DNA of 64,000 bases from Phoronis australis (GCA_002633005.1 NMRA01000048.1:812416-876415); one strand, 5' to 3'; positions 1 through 13,296 are shown, counted from the first letter of the stretch. Notes: a model not told the origin generated them from the sequence alone. A program made the numbers and translations.

Positions 1-105
1 CAGTGCCGGGCACCGGGACTGCGATCGACTTGTCTAACAACCGTGAACAGAACACACAAAATGAAAGACAATATATCATATTATTGAATAACAGATAATC
101 CTTAC

Positions 106-203
106 CTTTCTGGATCCTTAGGAAACCTACAAAATGACACGTCTGGGGTTTTCGTGGATGAATTCATGCAATTTATCGCACTGCAAAATGCGTCCGTCCC
201 CAT
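106..203 (-). CDS. First coding exon of a THAP-domain protein (host THAP gene or transposase); continues off the left edge
   Basis: Reverse strand reads ATG..MGTDAFCSAINCMNSSTKTPDVSFCRFPKDPE(R), with the THAP C-x4-C and F-x-FP motifs, followed by the donor AG|GTAAG at 106/105 (phase 2). Confidence 0.75.
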
Positions 204-720
204 TGTTTTGGCGCTTCCTGGGTGACCGTAGCTTGTTCACCACTTGGCGGCGCTAGTAGTAGCGGTAACAGCGAACTCACAAGTGAACTCTCCTATACTA
301 CTACACTCCTTGGTGAAGGTGTTTTAATGTCAGTTTTCACTTAAAAGCAACTCGGGTGGTGAGGAAACAAACTAACTACCGACGAAAATTATCCCCGGAC
401 AGCTTGTTTGGCTAAAATGCTGACGTTATCGCTAGTACCTCAGCCATGCAGTGAAACTACTACCGTTTTTTTGCCTTTCATGTAAACGTAATATTGTAAT
501 TTCTTGGGTGTCTCATTTGATTAATGGAAGAATTTATTTGGTCATCTAACATTTAATGAGACCGTTTATTGCTGTTATTACTGACCCAGCTGCATCACAG
601 GCATTCTTTATATCCACTGTTGACTGTATGTAGGAAGGCAATATAGATTTACCAGTGTAGATCAGTTTATTTAGGATATTGGTTTGATAAATGGGGTACA
701 AAACAGTTCTCACTGGCTTT

Positions 721-810
721 TGCCTAGCACATCAATGGACTTGTCACTTTTGCCTAGCACATCAATGGACTTGTCACTTTTGCCTAGCACATCAATGGAC
801 TTGTCACTTT
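721..810. repeat. 30-bp tandem repeat, 3 copies (TGCCTAGCACATCAATGGACTTGTCACTTT)
   Basis: Three consecutive identical units are visible. Confidence 0.95.
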
Positions 811-1316
811 TTCTTCACTCTGTTGAAAATTGTATGCAAAAATGAAAAGTCTTGAGTCATTTCATATCAAAGCCCTGCAGATGCGCACAGAAACTTTATC
901 CTGTCTTGTATATTTGGCCCTTTCTACTGTCTATCAGAAGAGCAATGCAGGTTACGAAAAGGGTAAAAAACTCCAAATTTGCTCTTTTCATTCCAAAATC
1001 TTCACTACCCTGCTTAAGTGTGACATAAGCCAATACTAGATTCTGAAAGAAAATTTCCGACTGCTGTCAGTCTAGTCGAGTTTTTGCAATACTGTTTTTT
1101 AGGACTTCCTGAAATTGTAGCCGATTCCTGTCACTACTCAGCACTGCTCAAATGCAACAGGGGGCCCACCGTCTTGAAGAAAAGGGCATCCACAGTCGAG
1201 CAAGTGGTCTTTTCTCATTCCCATCATGTTCACAAAATGAACCAGATTCGCTCAACCTACATGCAATGCCTACCTCAAACCTGACCCCAACCTGGCCTAC
1301 ACCTACAATTAAATTT
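785..1316 (+). repeat. Interspersed repeat, copy 1 (~530 bp, unclassified)
   Basis: Aligns by eye with 60465-61020; shared blocks include TTCTTCACTCTGT, CACAGAAACTTTAT, AAATGCAACAGGGGGCC and CCTACATGCAATGCCTACCT. Confidence 0.8.
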
Positions 1317-1466
1317 TCCACAGCTGCTCCCTAATGATGCCATCTGAGTTCACAGAACTGGAAGCTGACAATATTGTGTAATGCATCTTCTCAGCACAGC
1401 TGGTTATTATACTCCTGCTTTGATCTCACCAGAAGCAGTGTGGAGGGAAATTCTGGTTGCAACTTA

Positions 1467-3794
1467 CCGTAAACGTTCGGGTTAACGCCCTGGGCGGTTA
1501 AATTGGCAAACCCAAAAAATGGGGGGTGGGCGGTTAACCAGACATGGGCGCTTAAACGTGAAATTTCAAGAAATCCAGGGTGGGCGGTTAACCAGACATG
1601 GGCGCTTAAACGTGAAATTTCAAGAAATCCAGGGTGGGCGGTTAACCGAACATGGGCGCTTATTACGACAGGCAGCCGCCGTGGGCGGTTAATCTTACCT
1701 CGTTATCTAAGTCCCCACACCACCCACGCACTCGGAACGCGTAGCACTTTTCAAAGAGCGTTATCATCACGTCGCCACATGACGGGGAAAATGTCATAAC
1801 AGCAGATGATCCCAACAAAGGTTCTCTTGCCCACAGATTAGTTATTCACTATTAAATTTACAGAATTGCTGAGTAATAGCCCTGTGCCGTCCTGCGGTCT
1901 TGTTACTTTGCCCTGCGCAGCGCAGACGACCAGAGACCACACAGCCTCTACTTGGATTGCAAATATTTCAAGATGTGTCCTTGCTAAAGTGCGCGCGTGC
2001 AAGCTTCACGTGTTGCAGAGGTCACAGCAGACATCAAATTTATGGTTACAGTCTCGTACTAGCAGCCAAGTTCATAGTCAGAGAGCAGTTTTAAAATTAG
2101 TTGTAATAAAAGTTTGGTAAACCTAATTCAGATGTTTTTTGTGTTTGGGATGTCGACACTCCGTGACTCAATGACATTTTCAGCGTATGGTTCTGCGGCT
2201 AGCTGTTTTATCTCGATCGCCCGGCATTGCTCACTTGCCGTTGCGCCAAACATGCTCGGCAAAGAAGTAGGCCTAAGACAAGAATCGGGGTGAGCCACTC
2301 GTCAATCAACAATAAAATTTCGAGCCACGGCATAAATATGTGATAAAACGCCACAAAACAGCGATGTTTCAATTCATTCTTAAACGATCACCTTACCAAA
2401 CTTCGTGGTGGAAAAACATTTATTTTTCATGCAGGATGTCCAGATTATCCTATTAATATCACTTGCAAAATCGCACTGCGGCACTGTTCGGTCAGGCTGT
2501 TAGCGCGCAATGTCTTAGTCGGCTGACAATCGTGATTTATAAATGCCGTCAAGTAATATAACGGCCTCTTTCGATATATGCACCTCGTTTTTTTATGGCA
2601 AAAGATAGCAGCGGGATTCAGCACGCACGTAGGGCCTACGTGTGAGTCACCTGTCAATCACATGTTGGTGTCAAGGTAACATGCACTCCAAAGTGTGGGA
2701 ACTTGCGCACGTGCACCACTACAAAGTCGCCAAAGAGAATAGCGACAGTCCTAAGTATCAAAAACGGACGTGACTATGTACTTTTAAACTGTTGCTACAA
2801 AAGACCCAATTCTTTACGATGTTCCTCCATTGCCAATGTTCCCCAAAACTGCGATGTCAAGCCAATTCCGATATTTCCCGGCTCGATGTTTCCTAAGCCC
2901 ATGCCCGTACAGTCACGATTACGTGGGGGCTGACGCAAGAAATAATAAAGAACAGCCGGCGACATTAGTTAAATCTGCTAACACCAGTTTGACTGAGATG
3001 CAAAACGCGAAAAACAAAATTTGACTAGCAGTTTTTTATTACCTCAAGATCATACACAAACATACATTATTGTCGACCTTTGAATTCAGAAATCGATAGG
3101 CAGCAACGAAATCGGTAACCCAGTAAGGCACTTGTACTGTCCCTTCGGTCGCCACACATCCTCTATAACCCGGCAGTTATATTCATCAAAATATTGGGAA
3201 TTTGACATCTTTCCGTGAGTTGTGCGATTTGTTGAAAATACGAGAGCTTCCCACCTTAATAGAATTTGGAGGGTTGGCAAAACCATTGTCACATTTCTCT
3301 GGCCTGATTTTTTCGAATATATGTTTTATCTTGTGCACTACAGATGGAAACTCAGCGCGGCAGACAAAGTCGCTGGAAGCGGAGGTTTTGACGCCGGCAG
3401 CGTTCTTAAACTTTGCAAACATGGGAAGAAAATAAAGTGACAAAAACGTTCAAGTATTATATTTTGAAGTGAGTCCATGACCCAAGACAATAACTCACAA
3501 TAATTCACATTGCTAAACCACCGTCTCGGAAGCCCGGCGTCATTGCGCTCTTTGTGATCATCGATCTTTTTTCTAAAAGTCGGGAAATCGCACGTTTCCT
3601 TAGCACTGGATGCTAAATCTTCATTCTTTAAAAGTCGGGGATGGGTGCTTAACTGAGAGGTGGGCGCTTAACTGGAAATCTTCAAAAATCGCAGGGGGGC
3701 GCTTAACCGAGCAGTGGGCGGTTAAATCGAAAATCCACCTAAAGTAGGGGGTGGGCGGTGAACTGAGCGTGGGCGTTAACCCGAACGTTTACGG
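1467..3794. mobile_element. Non-autonomous Tc1/mariner-superfamily (pogo/Tc2-like) DNA transposon, 2328 bp
   Basis: Perfect 24-bp TIRs CCGTAAACGTTCGGGTTAACGCCC (1467-1490 and 3771-3794), TA on both flanks (1465-66 and 3795-96), subterminal GGGCG(G/C)TTAA motifs, and no transposase ORF. Confidence 0.9.
1524..1665. repeat. 54-bp subterminal tandem repeat, ~2.6 copies
   Basis: GGGTGGGCGGTTAACCAGACATGGGCGCTTAAACGTGAAATTTCAAGAAATCCA is repeated; this produces the 18-aa periodicity in ORF 1503..1799. Confidence 0.9.
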
Positions 3795-4080
3795 TATGTA
3801 TTCATTTGATGAAGAGCAAAACTATCATGTTGTCTATGGTGTGAAAGTTATGTACTTAAACACCATGGGTAAATGAACTGGATTTTTTATTCTGTTTGGT
3901 TCTAGAACAGTCAAACGGTTGCAAGTAATTGCTTGTGGCAGATTGATTTTCTGAACATACTACCTCTGATTTCATGCATGAAACAGTTTTTTCTGTAAGT
4001 GACTCATAATGATTTTGAATTAAACAATGAAAGCACACGAAGCCTATGTGATGGCTAATGGATATTTCTTTTCTTTGCAG

Positions 4081-4167
4081 ACCCTCGGTTGTGTTAGAAG
4101 TGGGTTCCGGGTCGGGCCTCATATCCACATTTCTTGGTCAGATGCTTGGATCTCATGTGTTTTACCT
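4081..4167 (+). CDS. N6AMT1: N6AMT1/HEMK2 methyltransferase, coding exon 2
   Basis: Bounded by ttgcag| and |gtaagt; encodes PSVVLEVGSGSGLISTFLGQMLGSHVFYL with the SAM-binding motif I (LEVGSGSG). Confidence 0.93.
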
Positions 4168-6065
4168 GTAAGTACACTTTGGCTTTTTGCAACCAAGCGC
4201 TGTATGATACTCACTGTGCAAGATGCTGGTTGAGGAATGCTCACATTGTCAAAAGTCTGTGGGAAGCAATTTTCCAGTTGTACTTGTTTTAAATATGAAT
4301 TTTGTGAGATTGCTTGTTAAAGAGACATTATCATCGCAAAAAACACAATTTTCTGAAATTGGGAAAATTAAGTGTATGTTTAACTAAGTAATGAGCATTG
4401 TGAATACATAAGCTGAGAGAAACACACTGAGGGTGCCCTGTTCCCTTACCAGTAAAATCTCGGGCTGCCCTGTTCCGCTACTGGATGAACCCATTGTTGA
4501 GGTCAAAGTGACCTTGATCACTTACTTTCATGACCTGTGGAAGTTCTATGACAAAGTCCCGTATTGTTTTAATTATGTCTGGAGCTCATTGTTGATGGGA
4601 TGTAAATCATATTTGTTACCGGGATCAAAGTTTATGGCAAGGCACATACAGTATAAGACAAAAGTAATCAGAGACAAAACACTGTTCTTCCCCATCGTGG
4701 CAATTCTGTTCACAGCAAAATTAATAGCAATAGTATGGCAAAATTCTAATTTCCAAATGGCGTAACCACGTTAGGTATAACTTTGGTGTTAACTACCATT
4801 TATACTCTGTCTTGAGAGTAGACTACTTGGACAATGATTCCAGCTTCTGCCTAGTCATCATGACAAGCCTTGGGATTCCAGTTCATTTTGTCTGAATACT
4901 TTTGGCTTGTGCTGTATCCAGGTTTTATTTTGATTAAATTAGGTATCTCAGCACAGATGCTTTTTATACAGCTGAGGTAATGGATATTTCTTGGGTAAAG
5001 CCAAAAAAGCCGGTCTTTCAGTTGCAGCCTTTTGAGTTTAGTAATGATGTCAGAAAGGAATAGTCACTTACAGGCATTTGAATTTTGAGAAACAGTTTTT
5101 TCCACTGAATAACCGACACAAAACTGGTTCTCAAACTCATAATTCCTGTTTGAAAAATCATTAATTTTGTTTTAAAAGTCAACTAAAATGATTCTAAATA
5201 CAATTCAGAGGTAGTAACGTATACGAAATTGTCCAAGAAGGCAAAAGTGAAAAGGTAGCATTGCCACTTAAAGATATTTAACACGTTAGCATTATACTTC
5301 CCCTTTAATAATAGCTTCATAATAGCTTCCATGGCATAATTTGAATGATGTAATTCATTAGCTGGGAGGTATGTTCACCACATTGGTGGGTGTGGGAGAT
5401 GCACAAGGACAGTAAGAAATCAATATCCTGAGGTCAGCAGATGTTTTCCTGTTGCTATGGAGATAATGCTAGTCTTGGGTTCAAAACCTGGGATGGTGAA
5501 CAGGAAGTTTCAATCAAACTTTTCTTTTGAGGCTTGTGGAAAAACTAGTTGATGTCCATTTATTTAATTGCGATAACAGTGCTCGATGCTTAGATGTACG
5601 CCAGGAAATCCCATGTTGGCAAATCAAAACTGTGGTCGCCAAAACTGAGGTTGGAAGTAGACGACCAAAAAGCATACACTGTGCCATCTACCTCTTCCTT
5701 TTCTCTTACAATTGTAAAACCATTCATTGAGTATTGTGATATATGGAATATGATCAGAATCACTGGAGGCGTGTGTTTCGTGGTCCGATTTTGCCCATTT
5801 TTTGCCTAACATTTTTGACTTCCGTCTGTTTAATTTGAGCACATTTGATACGTCTAGCCAACTGCTGAGGTTGGGAAATGCAATGATTTCACAAAATAAG
5901 GGGAAAAATATTAATTTAGAGTTTGGAAGTCACCACTAATTTTGAAGAGAATTTCAGGTGAATTATTGTTTGACTGCTACTCGCTGTGACGACTTCCCAG
6001 GATGCCAAACACAGTATGAAGTTGCATCGGCAAATTGAGCGCAACATATGGACAGAAGCTAATGA

Positions 6066-6262
6066 AAAAGTTTAGGCATCTGCACACTCCCTTGCCCTTT
6101 ATCTATGAGAACTAGAAAGTTTAGGCATCAGCACACTCCCTAGCCCTTTATCTATGAGAACTAGAAAGTTTAGGCATCAGCACACTCCCTAGACCTTTAT
6201 CTATGAGAACTAGAAAGTTTAGGCATCTGCACACTCCCTAGCCCTTTATCTATGAGAACTAA
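6066..6262. repeat. 49-bp tandem repeat, 4 copies
   Basis: Unit AAAGTTTAGGCATC(T/A)GCACACTCCCTAGCCCTTTATCTATGAGAACTAG. Confidence 0.92.
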
Positions 6263-7559
6263 AATTGACAACAGCAGTTTAGGTCAACTGTTGTGTTTGA
6301 ACATGAGGACCTGGTGCATAACACATTGACTTGGAGATCAATGGCATTCATTTTTCCGCTCTTGGAGAGAGGAAATGAGGTCTTCCGTCAAGAGTCTCAC
6401 CATATTTCACCAAGTTTTACTACATCATCATTTTGTCACTGATGATCTCAACTACAGTGCGATACTTTTTATTTGTTTTTTATCCCACTTCTGCCACTGT
6501 CAGTTTCTGCTTTGCTTAAAAGCGATCTGAGTTGATCCTGTTGCTGAGTGTCATAAAAGTCTTCTTAACTATAGTGTTGACCACAGCACTACAATATGCA
6601 ATGTAGTGATGTGTGCACGAATGCGATGTCATTTCTCAATGCGATGCCATTTTTGAATTTGCAATTTTAGGTTTTGCTTAACCCATTTAATTCTGAAGCA
6701 TTTTCCTGATGAGTTTCTGATATTGATCACAGGAAATGTGTACATGGGTTACCAATTTCGAATTCACAATTTTAGGGTAGGCTAACCTCATTATACTCTG
6801 ATGCATTTTCTTGATTCGGTGATTGGTTCGGTGTGTAAGTAGAATCCTGTCCCAGTAAGAAATATTATGAGACCATTTTCTTCTACCGTAAAAGTCCTAA
6901 TTCTGCCAATTCTGATAAGCAGCTAAACTGGAAGAAATTCAGCTTTATGTACCTAACAAGTGGTGGAGTGTGATCCCAAAGTTACAAACCTCCACGTGTA
7001 ACTTATTCAGCCTGACGCCAGATACTAAACACTCTTATTGGTATTTTGGCTTTCAATTACAATTTCTCTAGAGAAGCCATTTTGAAATTATTTTTTATGT
7101 CCCTTTGACACACCTGATAATGTTGTATGCTGTAGCACTAGTGAGATATTTCAGTTTGTTGATAAACTTTGTTTGACTCTGAATTGTAGTGATAACATGG
7201 GTACAGTTTGGGTGGTAAAAAAGTCAAGTTATTGTTAGCTCTTATAAAGTTTGGCTATATCACCTGTGTGACTACAGATCTATGTTAGCAGTGTCCGGCA
7301 AAAGATAAGAAAGCATACTTAATAAACTCGCTTACTTGATAGTGTAGAAAAAATTATCAAGAGTTCAGGTTTAATGTTTGGAACCATGTTTGTTCTGGGT
7401 CAACATTCAGCAAAACCAAAATGTCAATGTGAAAATTGCCAGAATTTCCATCTGATCAACTGAATGAAAAAAAGTTTCATACATTAACATTCGCAGGAAA
7501 TCTGGCTATCCATCAGGTGGCCTGCCTTGAAATCTACCTGCAGGTCTACAGAAGGTGAA

Positions 7560-8615
7560 CCATGGCCTCTGCCGTTAGCCATGGCCTCTCCTATTAGCCA
7601 TGGCCTCCCCTGTTAGCCATGGCCTCCCCTGTTGGCCATGGCCTCCCCTGTTAGCCATGGCCTCCCCTGTTAGCCATGGCCTCCCCTGTTGGCCATGGCC
7701 TCCCTTGTTGGCCATGGCTTCCCCTGTTGGCCATGGCCTCCCCTGTTAGCCATGGCCTTCCCTGTTGGCCATGGCCTCCCCTGTTAGCCATGGCCTCCCC
7801 TGTTAGCCATGGCCTCCCCTGTTTGCCATGGTCTCCCCTGTTAGCCATGGCTTTCCCTGTTAGCCATGGACTCCTATTAGCCATTGCCTCCTATTATTCA
7901 TGGTCTCCTCTGTTAGCCATGGCCTCCCCTGTTGGTCATGGCCTCCCCTGGTAGCCATGGCCTCTCTGTTAGCCATGGCCTCCTTGTTAGCCATGGCCTC
8001 CCTTGTTAGCCATGGCCTCCCTTGTTAGCCATGGCCTCCCCTGTTAGCTATGGCCTCCCCTGTTAGCCATGGCCTCCTCTGTTAGCCATGGCCTCCCCTG
8101 TTAGCCATGGTCGCAACTGTTAGCCATGGCCTCTCCTGTTAGCCATGGTCTCCTCTGTTAGCCATGGCCTCCCCTGTTAGCCATAGCCTTCCCTATTATT
8201 CATGGCCTCTCCTGTTAGCCATGGCTTCCCTTGTTAGCCATGGCCTCCCCTGTTAGCCATGGCCGCCCCTGTTAGCCATGGCCTCTCCTGTTAGCCATGG
8301 CCTCCCCTGTTAGCCATGGCCTCCGCTGTTGGCCATGGCCTCCCCTTTTGGCCAATGCCCTCCCCTGTTAGCCATGGCCTCCCCTGTTAGCCATGGCCTC
8401 CCCTGTTAGCCATGGACTCCCCTTTTAGCCATGGACTCCCCTTTTAGCCATGGCCTCCCGTGTTAGCCATGGCCTTTCCTGTTAGCCATGGCCTTTCCTG
8501 TTAGCCATGGCCTCCCCTGTTAGCCAAGGCATCCCCTGTTAGCCATGGCCTCTCCTGTTAGCCATGGCCTCCCAAGTTAGCCGTGGCCTCCCAGGTTAGC
8601 CATGGCCTCCTCTGT
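7560..8615. repeat. 19-bp minisatellite, ~55 diverged copies (GTTAGCCATGGCCTCCCCT)
   Basis: The unit is directly visible and explains the 19-aa periodic ORFs at 7651 and 7676. Confidence 0.95.
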
Positions 8616-8636
8616 TTAAAAAACTCCACTATCAAT

Positions 8637-9071
8637 AGCCTCTTTCACACGAGAGACAATTGTCACCGTGTCAGATGTCACAGCACCACTTGCTCCACTT
8701 TAGTTGCTTTTACACAACATTTGATCACAAGCTGGATCAGCATGAGTCACTCGCGTGAAGACTGTCTGTGCATGCTCGCATAAACGACAACGAATGTCCA
8801 AACCATGTGTAATACCAGTGGATCACCCTTATATAGGCTATTGTGCAAGCACATTTGAAGATCATCCCTTTCCGCCTTGTCCTAGTTTTGCTTAGACGTG
8901 AAGTTGGAACTGGAGTAACTGGTCGAGTATAACTCTACCTCTTGAACCGGTGTCAAAAATGGCCGCTGTGGTGTCAATTTGCTCCACGTCGTGTTTACAC
9001 ACATACTTGCACCTGATCAACTGTTCCGCGTTAGTTGCTCCGTGACGTCTGTCTCTCATGTAAATGCAACT
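8637..9071. mobile_element. MITE (~435 bp), copy 1, possibly PIF/Harbinger-like
   Basis: Imperfect TIRs AGCCTCTTTCACACGAGAGACA and TGTCTCTCATGTAAATGCAACT; it is the reverse-complement homolog of 36921-37341. Confidence 0.75.
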
Positions 9072-9188
9072 GTCCTGCTTCTTTCCTTTGTTGGTCAATC
9101 ACATTTGACTAGTACCTTCCCTGGTGAATGGTTCAGCTACATGGATGGTTCATTATACATTGTTGCATGTGTTTCTATGTCATTTCAG

Positions 9189-9279
9189 ATGTACAGATAT
9201 AAATAGTAAAGCAGCAAGTATGACGAAACTTATAGGAAAGTACAATGATGTCATTCTGAACCCTGTAGTGACAGATCTA
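9189..9279 (+). CDS. N6AMT1: N6AMT1 coding exon 3
   Basis: Bounded by ttcag| and |gtgagt; encodes CTDINSKAASMTKLIGKYNDVILNPVVTDL; phase is compatible with neighbouring exons. Confidence 0.93.
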
Positions 9280-9815
9280 GTGAGTGTCTTTGCCATCAGG
9301 TGGACTTACATGCATACCGTTGTTGCCTGCCCCAAATTTTAAAAAAATGTTTAAGCACTTGTTCTGTAGTGTTTAGCTTAAGCCCACTTGCTGAGATTTC
9401 AAATATCTCCCATTTTGATGCCGTGGACATTATCCCAAATGGATATCTTAAAACTCAGTCCTTGTGCAATTGTTTCAATATACAGTTTTCATCCTTAAAC
9501 TTAACTTATCTGCTGTGGGTTACTTTTTGGTTGTGTTCTGTAGACTTAATGCCTAGCTAATGTGGCAAAAATCCTCGCTTATGCAATGGAAACAGTAAAT
9601 TAATTTTTTCCTTGATTGAATTAATGAATTCTATCTAAAATTCAACATCCCAACTTCACCGACCATTTTGCTAGGTTATGTTAGTAATGTCTTGGTAATG
9701 GTCACATTCGACTTTCACTCACGTGATTTTGCTTTTCTTGCAAAGAAACTTAAACTCTGCAGTAATACTTTTTTTATTTGATCACTGTGTTCACTGCATC
9801 CATATATCATTGTAG

Positions 9816-9899
9816 GTGTCCGGCCTAACTCCACGGCTAAACGGGCAGATAGACATACTTATGTTCAACCCCCCCTATGTGGTGACTCACCCTGAGGAG
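9816..9899 (+). CDS. N6AMT1: N6AMT1 coding exon 4
   Basis: Encodes VSGLTPRLNGQIDILMFNPPYVVTHPEE with the HemK NPPY catalytic motif; ag/gt boundaries. Confidence 0.95.
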
Positions 9900-12701
9900 G
9901 TAGGTGCTTTTGTTCTACACACTTCAAACTTGACACCTGTGTGTACACTTTGTTTAACCAATCACAAATCATATGTCATCAATGAAAAGCTTCTGTGAGT
10001 AACAAATCTCTGTTTCACAATTTTAAAAGGTCATCTGGAAATTGGATTGTCTTTGATTTGCAGTTTAGTTAATCAAACTTCACGATGTCGCTTCTCATTT
10101 CGTCAAAAATGCTATTGAAATGTCTATCTTTAACCCATAAATGTACATATTTTCTTAATTGTTGGTAATTGAAAAACTTTATTTTGTGCCTTAAAGGTAT
10201 AGCACAATCATTTGTTGTAATGTGACTTCCATTTTATGCAAAATTCTTTTCTTTGAACCGGAACTAAAAAACAAGCTATTGATGCCTTGTTATATGAAGT
10301 GTTGTTACTATCAATATGCAAATAACTGTCAGTTTATTGAGACACCTCAAACTACTGAGATATCGGACATCAAATAAATGACCTTTTCGAAACACCGTAA
10401 GTCTTCATGTTTGATGGCAAATAAATTCTCAGTTGTTCAAAAGAGAATCAAAAATCTGAGACACAGTACACTCGGCCATAGACCATTCGCTAAAGTGAGA
10501 CCAATGTTCTAAATTTCTACCAGAATCGATAATAACTTTATAGAAATGTTATTGGGAGCATTGAACTAGTAAGATGCTATTATTACATCATGCATTGAGG
10601 TTGGTATTTGCCAGGTAGGTATTTGCCAGGTAGAGTATTTGCCAGGTAGAGTATTCAAGATTTGTGTAATAACACTATCAACAGTCAGTTTAGGATTTTG
10701 GTTGAAATACATATCCCTCTGGGCTCCGTACATACCTCATCTTATGTCTGACATTTCGAATTCGTTCGCTGAATTAGAATTGTTTGGCTGCAAGTCAATT
10801 CAATGATGACAATGGATGGTTGAGTCAGTTTTATGGGCGTTGCATCAATCACAATTTGTCAATTAAGCAGTCATGAGAAATTTCTTCAAAAAAACGGCTG
10901 AAAACTGGAAAAACAGGAATTTCAGCCAGGATTTGATAAATGTCATCCTGACGTCTGACTAATTAAAATGTATGTGCCATGGTAATAATTAAGTTAAGAA
11001 CTGACAAGTATCCAACTCACCAATCGGGCAGTGAATGAGTAAGTCACCAAAACATAACGAAAAATGGAACTGAGTACAATTATAACACTGGTAAATTTAT
11101 ATGTATATTCCAATTGTTAGTTTGTTACAATAAATGCTTGAAAAAAAGTTGCCAAAGACACATCTAGCAGCTATAAAATCGTTAATATTTGATACTGTCT
11201 GATATGGAGACATGTATTCTCCTATTAGCTTTTTACTGTATTAGCAATCATGAAATCTGTTCAACTTATTTCTGATACACTCTTGTTATATGCTCTTCCC
11301 ATGTATTTTTAAACAATCAAGATATGGTGGTCTTCTCTAACACCTAATTTAATCACCTTGTAGATACCTCAGTTGTATTTTTGATTGTATACAATAAAAT
11401 TAATACATTGTTACTTGTCACACTACAGATACCTCTTGATTTCATGTCATATGTTGACAACTTGTCAGTGCATGTATGTTTTCATTTGATAGCCATTTGA
11501 TCAATGGCAATGAAGCCTCATGAGTAGGCGGTAACCTTTGGCCTTTGAACTAAATGAGTAGACCATGTTTATAGCTGGAGGGTATTTAAGTACTATTGCA
11601 TCAGTAAATGAATGGTATTTTTGTTTGCATTTCTAGTTTAACAACTATTGAGAAAATGTGATGTTTTGCCATCATTTATGTTAATTGTATCCCTGTTGCT
11701 TCATAAAAATTCTTAACTGCAGGAGACAGTTTGAAATCTCCTTTTTATGTTGTGCTTTGACCTTTTATCTTATTTATTCAAGGTTTTGTGGTTTGTTACA
11801 CATTTCTTTGGTCAGCCAATCAGAATGTAAGTCCTACCCATCATGGTTTAGGTCATGACCTTAGGATTTATATTGGATGTGACCTCTATTGACTGTCTAA
11901 CTAACTACTAGGTCCATGGATATGATATGAAAGTATTAGATACTGAAAAATTGGCATTGCACGCTCTAATTCATTAGAGTTTGCTTGCAGAATTGATTAT
12001 CATATATTTATAATTTTTCACATATCTTATAAATTCTTGAATTACAATCCATCATATTAATATATCAATATGTGATATTTATTTGAGTATTTTCTCTGAG
12101 TTAGGTGTTGAGTGGAGAAAGTAACTCATTTGATGCCTTATGCACTGTCCTTCAAATTGCTGCTGTTTTTAAAATGTTCCACTTTTGCATGAGGGGCTAT
12201 CATGAAAAAACTCTGTAAGTTACATAAAATGAAAACAAAATAACAGTTTAGATAGCTGTAACAACATTTTTTGAGATCTCATCTTAAACATTTGTGTTAA
12301 ATGAAATTTTGGTCACGTTGTTGACAGTGTTGTTTTACTATCTATCTACATTTCTTTTTATTTGCTAAATTTTATTATAAATACATGTTTACATAACCAA
12401 TTGATGGCAGTTTGTTAAAAAGTCGGAAATCAAATTCTACAATGTTTTTACTTTTAGAAAACTTATACTTTTTACTGAATTAAAATGTACTGGTTTGTAG
12501 ATATTTGACAAGATACGCAATAAGACCCTGTATAACTCTAATGAAGACTTAGTTGAATGTGTAAAATATTTGTTGGCAGTACGCCAAGCATCAGCATTTA
12601 AATGTAAAATTTTAAAAATTTTGGGGATGTTAATCCAGAGTAGTGTGACATTACTTCCAAGTGCAGACTTGAAAATTATTGCACGCATGTTCCCCCCCCT
12701 C

Positions 12702-12735
12702 NNNNNNNNNNNNNNNNNNNNNNNNNNNNNNNNNN
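12702..12735. other. Assembly gap (N run) in a C-rich tract
   Basis: Run of n characters flanked by poly-C sequence. Confidence 0.98.
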
Positions 12736-13154
12736 CCCCACCCTCCCCTCCACCATCGGAAAAGTAAAATGATGGAAATTAAAGCACGGTTCAAGAGTGT
12801 TCATTCATTATGGTAAATATTTCAGGAGAGAAAATGGAATTATCAAATTTCATAACAAATTGGACAATAGAAAATTCTTAGTTCATTGCTAGCCTAGTTT
12901 GAAAGATACCATAAAAACCACAAAATTAATTTAAAAAGTAAAAAATTAATCGATGGCAAATAATTTTGTGAAAAATAACTGAAGAATTGCCAAACCCATG
13001 TTTTGTGCTGCAGTGTTCAGTACGGTACCAGCACTGATACAGTGGTACACTCTTCTCATATTTTGTGTTGCAGTGTTCAGCACGGTACCAGCACTGCTAT
13101 ATTGGTACACCTGTCTAGCCATCTCAGTCATGAGCTGTGATGTTTCATTTATAG

Positions 13155-13296
13155 GTGGGTAATGCAGGTCTAGAGTGTGCATGGGCAGGCGGTGAAAATG
13201 GACGACAGGTGATGGACAGGCTACTGCCATTAGTCCCTGATCTGCTCTCACCGCAGGGGGTATTTTACTTGGAAATCATCAAAGAGAACAACAGAG
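13155..13296 (+). CDS. N6AMT1: N6AMT1 coding exon 5
   Basis: Encodes VGNAGLECAWAGGENGRQVMDRLLPLVPDLLSPQGVFYLEIIKENNR with the WAGG-x-NGR signature; bounded by atag| and |gtcagt. Confidence 0.95.

Noticed and set aside
6707-6745. CTGATGA...GAAA hammerhead-like spacing
   Set aside because: Stem II cannot close with the required G-C pair and there is no Penelope context; likely chance.
7651-7954. Repetitive ORFs (MASPVSHGL.. and MANRG..)
   Set aside because: They are translations of the 19-bp minisatellite.
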